Assembly: GCF_003918875.1 (NCBI RefSeq)
Contig: NW_025767390.1
Span: 992,001 to 1,056,000, forward strand
Source: Haliotis rubra
Taxonomy: Eukaryota
Direction of reading: 5' to 3'
DNA: 64,000 bases
The translations under genes were made by a program, and so were the position numbers. The notes below the pieces were generated by a model. The model was not told the DNA's origin and ran no database searches. It saw only the letters and a program-made list of their open reading frames with translations. Every line of letters begins with the position of its first letter. Within the stretch, counting starts at the first letter, position 1. This document shows, piece by piece, positions 25,671 through 39,141 of this stretch.

Positions 25671-27224
25671 CCATGGTCAACCGTCTATGACTGTATCATT
25701 ATCAACTTTGATACAACAATTGTGTTGCATGAGAATAAATTACAACTTGAAACCATGTTAAGGCTACATTAAGGGAACATCCATCTAAGAAAATTGAAAC
25801 GTTTGGCAAACATTTATTCAGTAAGTGGGTATAAAAAGATTTCGGATTATTATGCCAAGTTTATCGGATTTAGTGTATCGCCCATATCATTTCTAATACC
25901 ATTGTATGAGCCTTTAGTCTATCATGAATTGAAATTAGAGAAGTTGAGAAATACTAAATTATTACTGATTATGATACAATCGATTTAAATCACTGTGGGA
26001 GAGGATATATATATAGGTAATTTTATCTCAGCCATAGCCGGTAGACATGAGCGAATAAGTACCAGCATATCATCAATAGTCTCCACGGTCTCTTTACTGT
26101 TTTTTACCGGTCTACTTAAGACAGACACTTGATCCTCCCGCTGTCAGCATAATGATGGTTTTCTTTCACGATATTAAGATCATTTATTTCTGATTGTCGT
26201 AGACTTGGCAAGTAAACACCATCCATGAATACCTGCCACCATCCATAAATACCTCAAGAATAATCATCCTAAATGGACATTTAAAATAAATTTGCATTTA
26301 AGATAAATCGATTTTTTAGAATCGATTTCACAATCAGATAAGCAGAGGCCATCCACCAGGACCTCTAGACACAAGTCCTGTACATCGATTCAATTTATGG
26401 CGAGACAATGATTCTTCACTATCGCTCCTAGAAAGTTTATATAGGTGTTTGTCTATTTATGCAGATTATTCCAACACATACATCGAATTGTTGTGTCTGT
26501 GAAACCTTCGCCACCCGTGCAATCAGACTTAGAGTTGTTGTGTTACATTATTTGCATCTCAAGGGCAAACAAGCAATGAGATTATTAATTTTGCTAATTT
26601 CCATACGAAAACGGCAACGGTTGTTTAAACTATGCAGAACATCGCAATCGTTGTGTGAGTATCCTTTGTCCTCATATGTTTGTTTTTAGTATCTTTGAGT
26701 CTAGCATCTCCGTAATAACACAATTCAATTCATAAGCAAATTTTGTAACCAAACCTAGAATTGCATTTTGCATTATAAATGTTCACCACAGTTATTTAAT
26801 ATTGACGCAGAAAGGTATATAAAATCTGGAAAATGTGTTGTTTACAAGAAAATGAGTACTGTTTTATTTGACCATTCATCAGAATCTTCGTCATGCATAC
26901 ATTTAACTGGCTCTATTTATGTATGTCTCAAAGTTTATGTGGGAAACTGTGTAAATACCATTGTCATTGTAGCATCTTCACTCTTTATGTCTCATGCGGT
27001 GAAGCTAAGAAATGATAGACAGGTGACATGTTCTATATTAAAACAGCAGAAGAACCACAAGAACCAACATCAGTTGTTCTGTTTCTGGATTAGTGTCCAA
27101 TTTACAAAGGTCAAGAGGCATCATCCGCCTTACCTTTCCAAGTTCAGTTCCCTTCTCACAGTCGTCCACAATGTGGCGTGTGGAGATTGAACTTTTCGTA
27201 TGTCAGAGAACGTGTTGTTGACTC

Positions 27225-27431
27225 GTCAAGATCCAGGAGAGATTTGGTCTTCAGCAACCCATGATTGTTGAAAGAGACGACGGACGTGATTGGGTGGTAA
27301 GGCTCGCTTACTTGGTTGTTGCATGTCATCGTACCATAATTGCGAAGGTCGATGCTCATGAAGCATTATTACAGACCGCCGTCATATGGCAGGAATGTTG
27401 TTCAATGCGGCGTTAAGCAACAAACAAATCA
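27225..27431 (+). mobile_element. SINE-like repeat, diverged
   Basis: gtcttcagcaacccatg...acagaccgccgtcatat...gcggcgttaagcaacaaac. Confidence 0.75.
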
Positions 27432-28358
27432 ATTCAAAAACACATGTTATCATAGTTAACCACAAAACTTCAGTGTTTCTTTTGTCTACAATACACACCT
27501 ATCATCATAGCGTCCTAGCTATCGCAATACTCAATTTTCAGATGTCATTTTTTATCTTAAAAACAAGGTAATTAAGCAGCATCTAATTGTGTCAGCTTCT
27601 TCTTGTACGATATACATTCACCACGTTCGTGAAACGACTGACCGACTAAGATTTGACACACGATCCTTCTACGACTAGGGGACGCAACTGTGTAAATGTT
27701 TAAAGAAATTATCCTTGTACCACTCGGCGTCTGTCTAACTACATGTACCCACTCCCAAACCTAGCTTCAGATACATCAAGAATTTGTTCCCTAAATCTAT
27801 AGCTGTCGTGTTAATCTTCTGAAGATCCAAGTCTTTCAGTAAGAGATGTTATAGGTTATCCTTATCCTTGGGGTCGGATGGTCAAGCTCTGTTGTTTGTG
27901 TTAGTTTACTCTGAACGTTGCTTTCATGAAAAGTGACTAGCATTTTCACGCTGCGAATTAAACCATATTTCATCAAATACTGCATCCTATTTTCTTTAAC
28001 AAATCCCCATGACAGATTGGGTTTTAATGCGACGTCAAATAACATTCAGTCCCTCAATCCACCAGAGAATCAACCCTGATGCCCATATTTTATCTTACTC
28101 TTCTTTCTAATCCTCCTCAAGGTTGATGCCCAATTGAGGCAGCAAATGAATCTCAGCTAAACATCGTCTCACATGTGATCCTAATAAAAACAACTTGAAG
28201 AACCCTCTCTAACTCATTACTCATTAAATCATTACCACTTCAGGAATGGAGACGTATCTCGGCATCGCGTGTTTCAGGTTTTAGTGCTGAACACGTTCAG
28301 CGGTTTCACTGCTGTTCCATGGCATATAAAATATGCTACATGTGTCACACAAGCTGAA

Positions 28359-28400
28359 TGGTGGTTGGTTGGTTGGTTGGTTTGTTGGTTGGTTGGTTGG
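28359..28400. repeat. (TGGT)n microsatellite
   Basis: Imperfect tetranucleotide run. Confidence 0.9.
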
Positions 28401-28837
28401 GCTGGTCCACTGTGATCACTATCAGTAAACCGAGCAAAAAACTGTGAGACTCCTATGTATACACAATGAAACGTATTACAAAGATTTATATTTAGTTTGT
28501 TTGTTTGTTTAATGTTTAACACCACAATCACCAATATTACAGCTTTTTGAGGGCAGGCTAAATATAACAGAATTCCGACCCGACTAACCAGTTATTGATA
28601 TCACGAGCAGCCGATGGAATTCCATCAACATGGTGACCAAACCTGAACACTCGATCTATTGTATAAATGTTACCTTTTCTCACCCGGAAAGCTTAAGAGG
28701 AATTACATGACTCAATCTACTATTGGGACAAGAACGATATGTAAATCCGTAAGCAGTTCTATATAAAGAGTAAACTTATATTTATATTTCTTTTAAATCT
28801 ATTCGATCATTGGCAGTATTTCTCCCACTGCTCGTAT

Positions 28838-28872
<35 letters not shown>
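28838..28872. repeat. (ATG)n microsatellite
   Basis: About 11 units; the paralog at ~22451 is shorter. Confidence 0.95.
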
Positions 28873-28939
28873 AGTTTTGCATGCAAGTGTGTCTCGAATG
28901 TGTTTAATTTTACATGTATGATTCCCACAATACGTGAAA

Positions 28940-30304
28940 TATACAATACACCTAGATGTGTTTTCGTATTTACATCATTACCATTGGTCGGTTCACATGA
29001 TGAAACAAACCAACACATTTTTCACATGACGAAACCTTTTTTTCGCTTTCATTACACTTTCCCAATCGGCTTTGTGAGTTCTCAAAGCATTGCGTTCGGT
29101 TTGTTCCAATTTGGAAAAACTTCTCAAAATTCAAGTACGCTGTACCGATCCAATGCTTGGCTAATGCCTTTGAAGTTTCTCAATAACGAATGCTTTTCGT
29201 TTGAGATCAACACGGTCACTTGACATCAATTAGAACCAAGAAAAGGAGTATCAGTCATCTTTTGCCAAATGCTATCACATTCTTTTATAGCGTTGAATAC
29301 ATTGAACACCATTCTGACTTGAACATTCATGTTCAAGAAGGCTTTGAACATTATCAGAATATCCTGTCCTCTTAAAATCAGCAAAATAGCTGGATGTCAA
29401 AAATGTCGATGTGGCTTTCTACGCTATTTCATGTGGTAATTGTGTATCATTCCCCGAATATAAAGTGAATTCAATTGCTTTTGAAATAGGGTAATAACAT
29501 ATTGCACACAAGTACGCTTCATAAGAAACGTATCCTGAATGAAGGCCAGTATTGATCGAACGCTTCTTGGAGAAAATTGTCACTTTAGATTTAGGTATCC
29601 GGTTTCATGTATTTGGAACCTGTAATATACTGAATACTTAAACATCAGTTATTTATATTCCAGTGGTGGTGTGTTCTTTTATGAAGGAGACCTGTTAAAA
29701 TGGTTGTAATTATCGGAGGCCATCGGCAACTGTCTTGTTACATCAGAAAATCGGTTAAAACAGAGATAGCTTAAAGCCATCATGTGCTTCATAGTATTTT
29801 TCCGTTCAAGGAAAGGATGTCTTTTAGCAGTACAGAGAAACTAAAAATCCAAGCTGTATATTTCCTGTTGAAGCTGGATTTGTATATTTCCAGATTAAAG
29901 TGTTATTATTATGACTGTGTACTGTAACTATGACATTATCTTTTCTTTTGACAATATAAACATAGGGCACAACTATAATTGTGTGTTCGAATTCTGGTTC
30001 GACCCGATTATGTTTCTAAGTTTGTGGCACAATGACCGAGCGCAAGGGTTAACGCCTGGGTCCGGAACTCACGACTTGGAGATGACACGCTGTGATGTAA
30101 TTGGCATTCTGTTCGTAAAGTGTCTTCCCATCAGGCCGATAGGGCATCTCTCAGAAAGCTTGAAACAAACAAATGATTTGACAGCTAATCTGCTAATTGT
30201 TACCTGTATTAAACCGGTTTGGTCCACCTGTTAGTAACAGAACAACCAAGCAAATGTTCCTGATTGGGCACCTTTATTACAGGAAATATTAAGAAAATGT
30301 ACAT
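28940..30304 (-). pseudogene. Decayed ORF, unknown family, with signal-peptide-like start (C2)
   Basis: Starts MYIFLIFPVIKVP. One frame then reads EFEHTIIVVPYVYIVKRKDNVIVTVHSHNNNTLIWKY...YYEAHDGFKL...SSYFADFKRTGYSDNVQSLLEHEC...RTHKADWESVMKAKK with scattered stops. Confidence 0.65.
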
Positions 30305-31038
30305 ATCATATACCTTACATTTATAAAATGGACATAAAATGCCTCTAATTCATAAATAAACTGTTCATTTTATAAGTTTACATTAACTAAAATATCATTT
30401 AATTGGTCATTACCGAACAGACTTCAGCAAATGTCACATCCCATCAAGATACTGCACTATGGATTTCTGACCTCAGTGCAGTTAGATTTCAAGTCTTGTT
30501 AGCCAACGCCCAAGCCTAAACCTAAGGGCAAGGATGGCAAAAAAGAATGAAGCTACCAAGACGAGTCCGGTACAACATCAAATATCGGTCAACACAAAGC
30601 CTTCCCCTTCAACCTTACACTTTCGTTCTTTCATTTCTGTCTGATTGGAGCATATTGTTAAATAAGGCGTTAAACAGCATTCACTCACTCATTTTAACAA
30701 AAACGCCATCTGTTATGAAAGGATGAAAAACACACCTTTACTATGGGATAATCAAAATGAGTTGATCAGATGATATCCATTCAGGATGCCGGTATTTAAA
30801 TAGTGAGACTAATGGCTTGAAACTGTCAGACAAATAGCAGAAGTATTGTTTCGTGATTATAGAAGCAGGAAGCTATTATATAAAATGGCATATATATAAG
30901 TGGCATATGTTCAAATGGAAGTTGTTTAGAATTCCCGGATTCCTGTCAATTTAGAAGCACAGACAAGCTCTGTTTGACTTATTATGGATCTTTATTGAAA
31001 TTCTGATACGACCCTTTAACAAGGTTCTCCTGTACATT

Positions 31039-33025
31039 CACAGGCAGATATATCAACAGTGCCGAAATGCTACCACCTCTTTAATCATCTCCGCTAAAAG
31101 GAAATATTGTCTTCACAGTATACAGAATAGTATGGGGAAACCTGCTTCCCCTTTACAGGTTTATGAATAAACTGCTTGGTAAAGGAGGTGATAGTGATAG
31201 AGTACCTCCCGGACAAAGTCACACGGAACTCGCAGACTCCTTCAACTCATTTTTCATTTCAAAGATTGATACCATTCGACAAGGACTTTCAGCCAAGGAA
31301 GTTGATAGGTGTTTCAGTGAACCTCTCTTCACAGGCGATCCACTAACACAGTTTGCGCCCTTCACCCCCAAGGACATTGAATCAATTATCCGCTCTTCAA
31401 AGCCTACCACTTGCGACTCCGACCCCATACCAACTAAACTTCTGTTTCAATATCTTGACTTGTTGCTGCCAAGCATTACTAAAATTGTCAACTCAAGTTT
31501 GGAAAGTAGTGTATTTCCATCCAGATTCAAACATGCTGTAGTCAAACCTCTGCTAAAGAAACCTGATCTTGACTCTCAGAATCTTCAGAACTTTCGACCT
31601 GTCTCAAATTTATCCTTCATTTCCAAGATAATTGAGAAGGCCGTGCATGTCAGACTCAAAGACCATCTCTCTAAACATCTTCTGCTTGATGAATTCCAGT
31701 CAGCGTATCGGCAATACTATAGTACGGAGACTGCCTTACTGCAAGTGACGAATGAGCTTCGTTGTGCTGTCGACGATGGTAGGATTGCTGCTCTAGTGTT
31801 GTTGGACCTCTCTGCAGCCTTCGACACAATCGATCACCATAGACTCTTGTCCAGGCTCACACAACAGTACGGACTTGAAGGTCATGCCCTTCAATGGGTG
31901 ACGTCTTATCTGTCTGACCGACAGCAATCTGTTGTTGTTGGCACTGAGAGATCAAAAGGCACTGTAATCACATGTGGGGTGCCACAGGGATCAGTCCTTG
32001 GTCCAGTCCTGTTTGTGTTGTATACCGGATATGTCGGAAGGATAACTACAGACCACACAGTTTCTCATCATGCCTACGCTGATGACACCCAGCTCCTGAA
32101 AGCATTTCATCTGTCGGATCTATCTACGTCTCTTCAGTGCATCGCTGAATGTACGCAGGACATCAAGTGCTGGATGACAGGAAACATGCTTAAACTTAAT
32201 GACACAAAAACAGAAGCAGTTCTCATTGGTACAAAGCAACAACTCAGCAAGGTCAAAACCGACACCCTTACAGTCGCAGACTCTGACGTCAGATTCTCTG
32301 ATGTGGTTAAGGACTTGGGTGTCCACATCGACTCTTCCTTGACTCTGGATGCTCATGTTAACCGTCTGAGCAGGACCTGCTACTTTCACCTAAGATCCAT
32401 TGATAACATTCGGCAATACCTGACAACTGCTGCAACTCAAGCCCTTGTTCGAGCTCTTGTTACATCTAGGCTTGATTACTGTAACAGCATCCTTTCGGGC
32501 CTCAGTTCTAAACTCCTTGATAAGCTTCAGAAGATCCAAAATACTTCCGCCCGCATCATCAGCAAGACTTCTAAACGTTCCCATATAACACAAGTGTTGA
32601 AAGAACTGCATTGGCTACCAGTTAGGGCCAGAATTGACTTTAAGATCCTCTGTCTGACGTACAAGTGCCTCCATGGTTTGGCTCCCCTCCTACTTGTCTG
32701 AACTCCTACATCCGTATGTCCCCGCACGCAACTTGCGCTCAAACACACAAAACCGACTGGTCATCCCATCCTACAAACTGAAATCCTTCGGACACCGATC
32801 ATTCTCTTACTCCGCGCCTGTGCTCTGGAACTCTCTCCCATGTGCCCTTAAAAGCTCTGCCACAATTGACATTTTTAAGTCCAGACTTAAAACCCACCTT
32901 TTCTCAGTATATTATGTATAACTTCATCTGAAAATACTCCAGTGTAAATATTCTGTAGCACTTTGAGCATGCCTTAGGGTGTGGAAGGGGGCGCATTATA
33001 AATATGCATTTATTATTATTATTAT
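31039..33025 (+). mobile_element. 5'-truncated L2/CR1-group LINE
   Basis: RT motifs NFRPVSNL, LLDLSAAFDT, GVPQGSVLGP, YADDTQL and HWLP; (TTA)n tail; TSD tacatt at 31033-38 and 33026-31; empty site at ~24520. Confidence 0.97.
31163..32921 (+). CDS. LINE ORF2 reverse transcriptase (N-truncated, one frameshift near 32690)
   Basis: 512-aa ORF 31163-32701 continues in ORF 32673-32921 (PSYLSELLHPYVPARNLRS...FKSRLKTHLF). Confidence 0.9.
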
Positions 33026-34619
33026 TACATTTTACCAGTAGCTCATGGTCAACCATCTATGGCTGTATCATTATCAGCTTTGATACAATAATTGTGTTGC
33101 ATGAGAAACAATTACAACTTGAAACCATGTTAAGGACACATTAAAGGAACATCCATCTAAACAAAATTGAAACGTTTGGCAAACATTTATTCAGTAACTG
33201 GATATAAAATAGATTAAGGATTATTATGCTAGGTTTATCGGAATTAGTGTATTGCTGATATCATTTCTGTTAACCATGAAATGAGCCTTTAGTCTATCAT
33301 GAATTAGAGAAATAGAGGAATACTAGATTATTACTGGTTATGAAACAATCGATTTAAATCAATGTGCGTATATAAAGGTAATTTTGTCTCAGCCATAGCC
33401 GGTAGACTTAATTAGCATCGTATTATATGCTTTCGAACGTCATACGCTTCGGACAGTAGTGGCTATTCGAGCTACATGTACATAAAGGCATGATTTGGCT
33501 CAACTACAGGAAGCACAAAATCCCTATGTCTTGGCTGCAACCTCTCGTGTTTCTAGTGGATACATACATAGACAGGCTAATAAAGTACCAAGCGTTCACG
33601 TTCGTAGGAGGTAACGCATATATGTAGACGCTATATCTGGGTAGACATTCTACTTATATATAGTGGTTGTGTAGGCTTCAATTTGATACCTCAGACTCAT
33701 TTATTTGGTAGTTGAGTCGACTTTAATTTGAGGATATCTTAGAGTATCGGTTACTATACTATTTACTTTACTTTCCCACACCCACACACCCTCTACACAC
33801 ACCCCACCCACCCACCCACACACCCACACACACTGGTTACAATTGGTTTTCAACAACACGTGTTTTCCGTTAAAGGGACATGATAGGGTTTCAGAGTCGA
33901 TGAATTGGAATATTTCTGAATGCTACACTTGAAATCCCCCAAAACAACAACAACAAAAAACCAAAAGAAAGGGAAAAACCAAAAAACAAAAAAACCCCAA
34001 ACCACCCAACAAACGAACAAACGAAAAATCAAACCAAAAGATACAAATTAGCAATGACGTTCCCCAAGAGTATTGTGTGGGGAAAAACATTAATCATAAT
34101 ATTGTGGTTTATATCTAAACGTCTTTTTGCTCAATGCAATAACCTTTCGGTCTACTACCCACAACGGCTTTGCAATGTGTCCAGCGTCATTCGCCTACTG
34201 ATAAAACACAAGCATCATCATTCAAATCAATCCATTTGATAACTGTAATTACCTTCATACTTAAGTGTCTATCCGTTCTGTAATTGTTCAAGATGGTTCT
34301 CCTAGGCACAGCGTCTTATCGAAACGAAGACACTCATAACCTACTTTCTCCTCCATTAACTCGCCTTTAAATGATTGTCGTTGATCTCGTCTTACCTACA
34401 CAGAGTCTTAAGAAGAGTCTTAGGTGGAGTCTTAAGAAGGTAATTTGTCCGTGATTTTCAGGTTTCAAATGCTAAAAGACTGAGGCTAAAATGTTACATC
34501 ATACAATCACATTATAAAAGAAAGTTCTATTAAATATTTGCAATTTAGTTTTAAGTAAAAAGTTAACTTTCAAACAATGGAACCATGAAGATGCTGTTTG
34601 CCCTCAGCATGAGTCTTTA

Positions 34620-35755
34620 GGAACAGTTCTGGCATGGCTTGATTCATATGTTGATGAGAGGTCCATGTTCGTTCTAGTTGATGGTGTCACATCAGACAGC
34701 AAGAAGTTGAAGTGTCGGGTTCCACAGGGGTCGGTTCTTGGACCCGTCCTCTTCTCAATCTACACTAAACCTCTCGGTGGCATTATACGCCGGTACTCAC
34801 TCCAATTCCATAGCTATGCTGATGACCAACAACTGTACATTGGCATTAAACCTCGTAATATCAGGAATGGAATCTCACAGCTAGAGGAATGTGTTTGCAA
34901 AGTTCAGAATTTGATGTCATCAAACTTCCTTAAACTCAATAGTGACAAAACTGAATTCATGATGATCGGGACCTCCCACCAACTCAGCAAAATTGAAAGC
35001 GACACGCTCTCAGTTGGATCATCTTCCGTAGCACCTTCCACATCTGTCAGGAATCTGGGTGTTCAAATGAACAGGTGTATGTCGAGCAAGATTCAAGCCC
35101 TTAGCACAGCCAGAACCGCAAACTTGAAACTTTGTACCATCGGAAAAATCAGACGATACCTGGATGTTGATACCACCAAAACGCTTGTGCATGCATGTGT
35201 CACTTCGCATCTGGATTACTGCAATTCTCTACTGTCAGGATCTGGAGCCATCACACATCTACAAAAAGTCCAGAATAAAGCAGCCAGAGTCATTACCCGT
35301 ACCAGACAACATGAGCATATCACACCTATCCGGAAACAGCTTCGCTGGCTCCCAATTCAGAAACGTGTATCCTTCAAAATTCTGACCCTCACCTACTCTG
35401 CTCTTCACTGTGAGATAGCCCCGACCTACTTGAAGGAACTCCTCACTCCTTATATTCCGTCACGAAACCTCCGGTCCTCAGAACAGTCACAGCTCACTGT
35501 CCCACACATTAGAACTCAGCTTGCTGGTCATGCCTTCTCTGTGGCAGTCCCAGCACTGTGGAATGGTATCCCTCTTGAAGTCAGATCTGCAAACTCAATT
35601 GAGTCTTTTCGCCAATCCTTGAAAACATGCTTATTCTCCAAGAACCTTTAACTTTTGTGTTGTTCCATGTTTGTATTCATGTAAATCACCACTGAGCAGC
35701 TTTCAGTTGGATATCAGGTGCTATAGAAATGCATTATTATTATCATTATTATTAT
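34620..35755 (+). mobile_element. 5'-truncated L2/CR1-group LINE, second family
   Basis: ORF 34665-35651 with VPQGSVLGP, YADDQQL, LDYCNSLL and WLPI; (TTA)n-like tail. Confidence 0.95.
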
Positions 35756-35849
35756 ATTTAGTTTACGTAGGTCTATGTATTTGCCGGTTTCACGTATTCC
35801 AGACTGAAATCGTACAAAATCAATTTGTTTCCTACCCAGCATGGCGTCC

Positions 35850-36760
35850 AGCATTACAAGAACAAAGCAAAATATTGTAAGTTTGGAGTCAGTATAATGT
35901 GCAGTATTCTTTTAAAATAGAGGCATGGTATGTTATTCTGACAAACTATATAACCGACAAAGTTGCGATCTCGTCTAAACAGGTACAACATACATGTAGT
36001 CGTGCATGCTCGTCGCTTTTGCAACTGCATTAATCTGAACGCTCGGTCCAATTTCACCCAACCCGACACTACTTATGCATGTTTAACTGATAAACATTTG
36101 ACCTTATCATGCGTCAGGAACACACACTATGTTACAAACTGTCACCATATATAATACACAATTGCCTCACTCTTTGGACCATTACTGAAAGGATTCATCA
36201 ATTAGAACATAGGTTTTCGGTCTTTGTAAAAAATTGATGACGACACGCAACTAACAGAGCCTCTGAATCTGACCATGCTTTCCATCTGGTCTCCTCTCGC
36301 GATCCCCGATGGGGTCTCTGTGTTATGAGTTAAAAATGATGAACCCATCTATCCGTCTTTGGCATATAGAGTCTCACTTGTATGAATTGTTTCTCACAAC
36401 CATTTGTCAGTCGAAGTTGTTTTTGTTCGTTGTTTAATGCAGCACGCAGCAATATGCCGATCATATGTCGGCGGTATGTAAATAATCAGGCAAGGCCAAA
36501 ACAAGTAAGTGATGACATCATGAGCATTGATCTTCGCAGTTTGGATAAGATGATATTCATCAGCCAAATCAGCGAGCCTGACAACCCGATTCCGTGGGTA
36601 GCTTGTAACGACAGACATGTGTCCAGCTGCACTGATTTTGGCAGTCACACAACGATTGCTTCATTCGTTGAGCCGCAGTGCCGACTATCGATCAAAGATA
36701 GGAGTAAATTACCGTAAATCTAACAATAATGAAACTGAGGTATGTAAACAGAAGTCGACC
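35850..36760 (-). pseudogene. Inverted copy of paralog Y (internally deleted)
   Basis: Reverse-complement match to 10350-11460. Confidence 0.5.
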
Positions 36761-36799
36761 AGTTGACTCCTTAACGGGGAAGGCCATGTCTTAATCTTA

Positions 36800-37750
36800 C
36801 TCCAACCAGTGGACAAGAACATTGTTTAAATGCAAATAAAATGGCTAAACAGACTGGTGTTGATGCTGTTCAGTTTCGGTCGGCCTCCATAGTGAGGCGA
36901 TATCAGAAAGTTTTGAGCTTGGAACATCAAGGTGTTTGTTGTCAGTGGTTGACATGTAGCATTCAAGAATGATGACAATTTTTATGGATATACTTCTTTT
37001 ATTTTGTGAAGGGCGACGTTTCGACATAGATTCTAATGTCGTTGTCAAGCAAGTGTCGAAACGTCGCACTGTACAGAATAAAAGAAGTATATCCATAAAA
37101 ATTGTCATCATTCTTCATCAACTCAACTTCTAAAATGCCCATCAAAGACGTCATGTAGTATTCATCCATGTTTCATGAGTCGTTACATCTTCCAGCAGAG
37201 CTTTCCTGCGGCTATGGAATGGTTTTGCCGCTGCTATTTGTTATCACAGTTTGGCGTGCTTGAGTTGAACGACTGTTTGACTTCGACACTGAGTTATACT
37301 ACTTCTTAGTGCTAAATGGACAAAACTGAGCAAAGAGCAGTCATCAACATCTTCACCTTAGAGGATCAGACATCCAAATAATAATGATGGACGACTGCAT
37401 GCTGTTCAAAGGAATGTAGCTTTTAGTCAACCTGCCGCGTTTTTCAAGTTGGATTTTTGTATCAGTGGATAAGTGAGTGGACTTGGTTGTAGGCAGCTAT
37501 TAGCAATATGTTAGACACAAGATATGGGATTCGCGCATAGCATCCATGCGGGGTTTTCAACACATGTCGTCTGCTTGATGAACTTGTCGGGTCGTATGGG
37601 GTTTGTTTTTGTAATAAAACTAACTTTAACATGATCCAAAATTGGGTATTCTCGAATTAGTACTTTTTGGATGTTCCATATACAATGTTCACGTTGTAGC
37701 ATATGTTCGAGGTCACGTTTCGAAAACCGGCGGGCTCTGGGACCCAAAGT
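36800..37750 (-). pseudogene. Inverted partial copy of paralog W (5' part and minisatellite deleted)
   Basis: ORF 37511-37747 reads RDLEHMLQREH...LDHVKVSFITKTNPIRPDKFIKQTTCVE. Confidence 0.6.
36963..37151. mobile_element. Mirror copy of the 9988-10183 insertion
   Basis: Same palindrome; TSD catgtag(c/t)at. Confidence 0.7.
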
Positions 37751-38217
37751 GGATACAAAGCTTGCGAAGATACCTGGACAGAAATACAGGAGAATAGGAG
37801 AACAGTCTCGCCGTAACGTGGTTTAGGTTCTATTATAGAATAGGTCTATTGCCTCGAGGCTCTAAAGACAGACATTGGTGACATACCCCTCTTGATAGGT
37901 TCTGACTGTTCTTCAGTGATGTAATTTTGTAGGATTTCAGTCTGGAATACGTGAAACCTTAAAGTCAACGAGAAACCGGCAAATACATAGAGCTATGTTA
38001 ATTAGATCTACCCAATTACGACCACCGTCCAGACGAGTTGGTTATTGTATATGCATTGTCCAATCGACTCTAAAAGATCTGGTATAAACACGGAAAGGGT
38101 TTTGTCCCTTGCATTTCCTCATGTTGACGACAAAATTACTTGAAACCTATACGAAGCTATGGACAAAACCTATGTTACCGAGATGCACAGTGCTCTTTGA
38201 AAGGCTAGTCGAATGCT

Positions 38218-38259
38218 ACACCTGATGAAAGAGTAAGAATATACTCCGAAACGTTGTGT
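38218..38259 (+). ncRNA. Duplicate hammerhead-like motif (GUU at the cleavage triplet)
   Basis: Same as 53114-53155 except gaaacgtt. Confidence 0.6.
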
Positions 38260-38945
38260 TCATCAAACTAAAGAAAGTGATTTCCATAAAAGTGTATATT
38301 ACGGAATACCATCGTGGTATTTATATTTACATCTAAGTGTATATAAGAATCATATTACAGTTGAGATTTACCTTAAATTAGTAGTTAAACCATGTTCTCA
38401 ATACATCTGCAACTGAGTAGGTGACATATTTTGCTCTTTACTCCCTCATTAATAATGTACGAGTGACATTGTAGGACACGTAATAGCATCATGCAGCGAT
38501 CAAGATGTCGTAACATTAAATATAATCAAGTTCTCATATTATCACGTTTTGACCAAAGTGTTTAAACGAGCTTGGTTTTACGCTGGTTTTAGCAATATTC
38601 GAGCAACTTCAGTTCATGCCATAAAAGGTTTTACACATGTTTGTGTTGACGAGCTAGTGCTTTCACCACCTCGCTGCGGACATGCTTAGCATCGGAATCG
38701 TGAATATGACTTCTATGGATTCGAAAAGATTTTGTATTTTGCTTTTATTGACACGATGGTGCTTTTAAACTGACATATTTTGTTGAGGGTACAGATGTTT
38801 TTCAGTATTGATGCATATAGTTTACACAGGTAGGTGAAGAGGTAGGCAAGAATGTCAAAGAAACTAGCCTATATTACCTTACGGAGGATGACACTAATAC
38901 GCCAGTCCAGTGCGGAGCCTTTTCAATGTTCAAACGAGACACAAA

Positions 38946-39141
38946 TGACTAACGGGATCGGGTTGTCAGGCTCGCTGACTTTGTTGACACGTGTCATTGG
39001 TTCCCAATTGCGCAGATCAATGCTCATGCTGTTGATGACTGGATTGTCTGGTCCGGACTCGATTATTTACAGACTGCCGCCATACAGCTGGATTATTGCT
39101 GAGTGCGGCGAAAAACATGACTCACTCACTCAATCACTCAT
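38946..39141 (+). mobile_element. SINE-like repeat (mirror of 3023-3209)
   Basis: Same flank atccgttctgaaca as the 3023 copy. Confidence 0.85.

Larger units (their letters stand above)
22070..26050 (+). repeat. Central direct duplication, copy 1
   Basis: Colinear with 28440-33410 from ctgtgaga...ctatgtatacacaatgaaa to ctcagccatagccggtagac. Confidence 0.92.
28440..33410 (+). repeat. Central direct duplication, copy 2
   Basis: Colinear with 22070-26050. Carries a private L2 insertion and lacks the MITE at 24544-25670. Confidence 0.92.

Noticed and set aside
31219-35385. Short ORFs overlapping the two RT genes
   Set aside because: Antisense or alternate-frame shadows of LINE ORF2.
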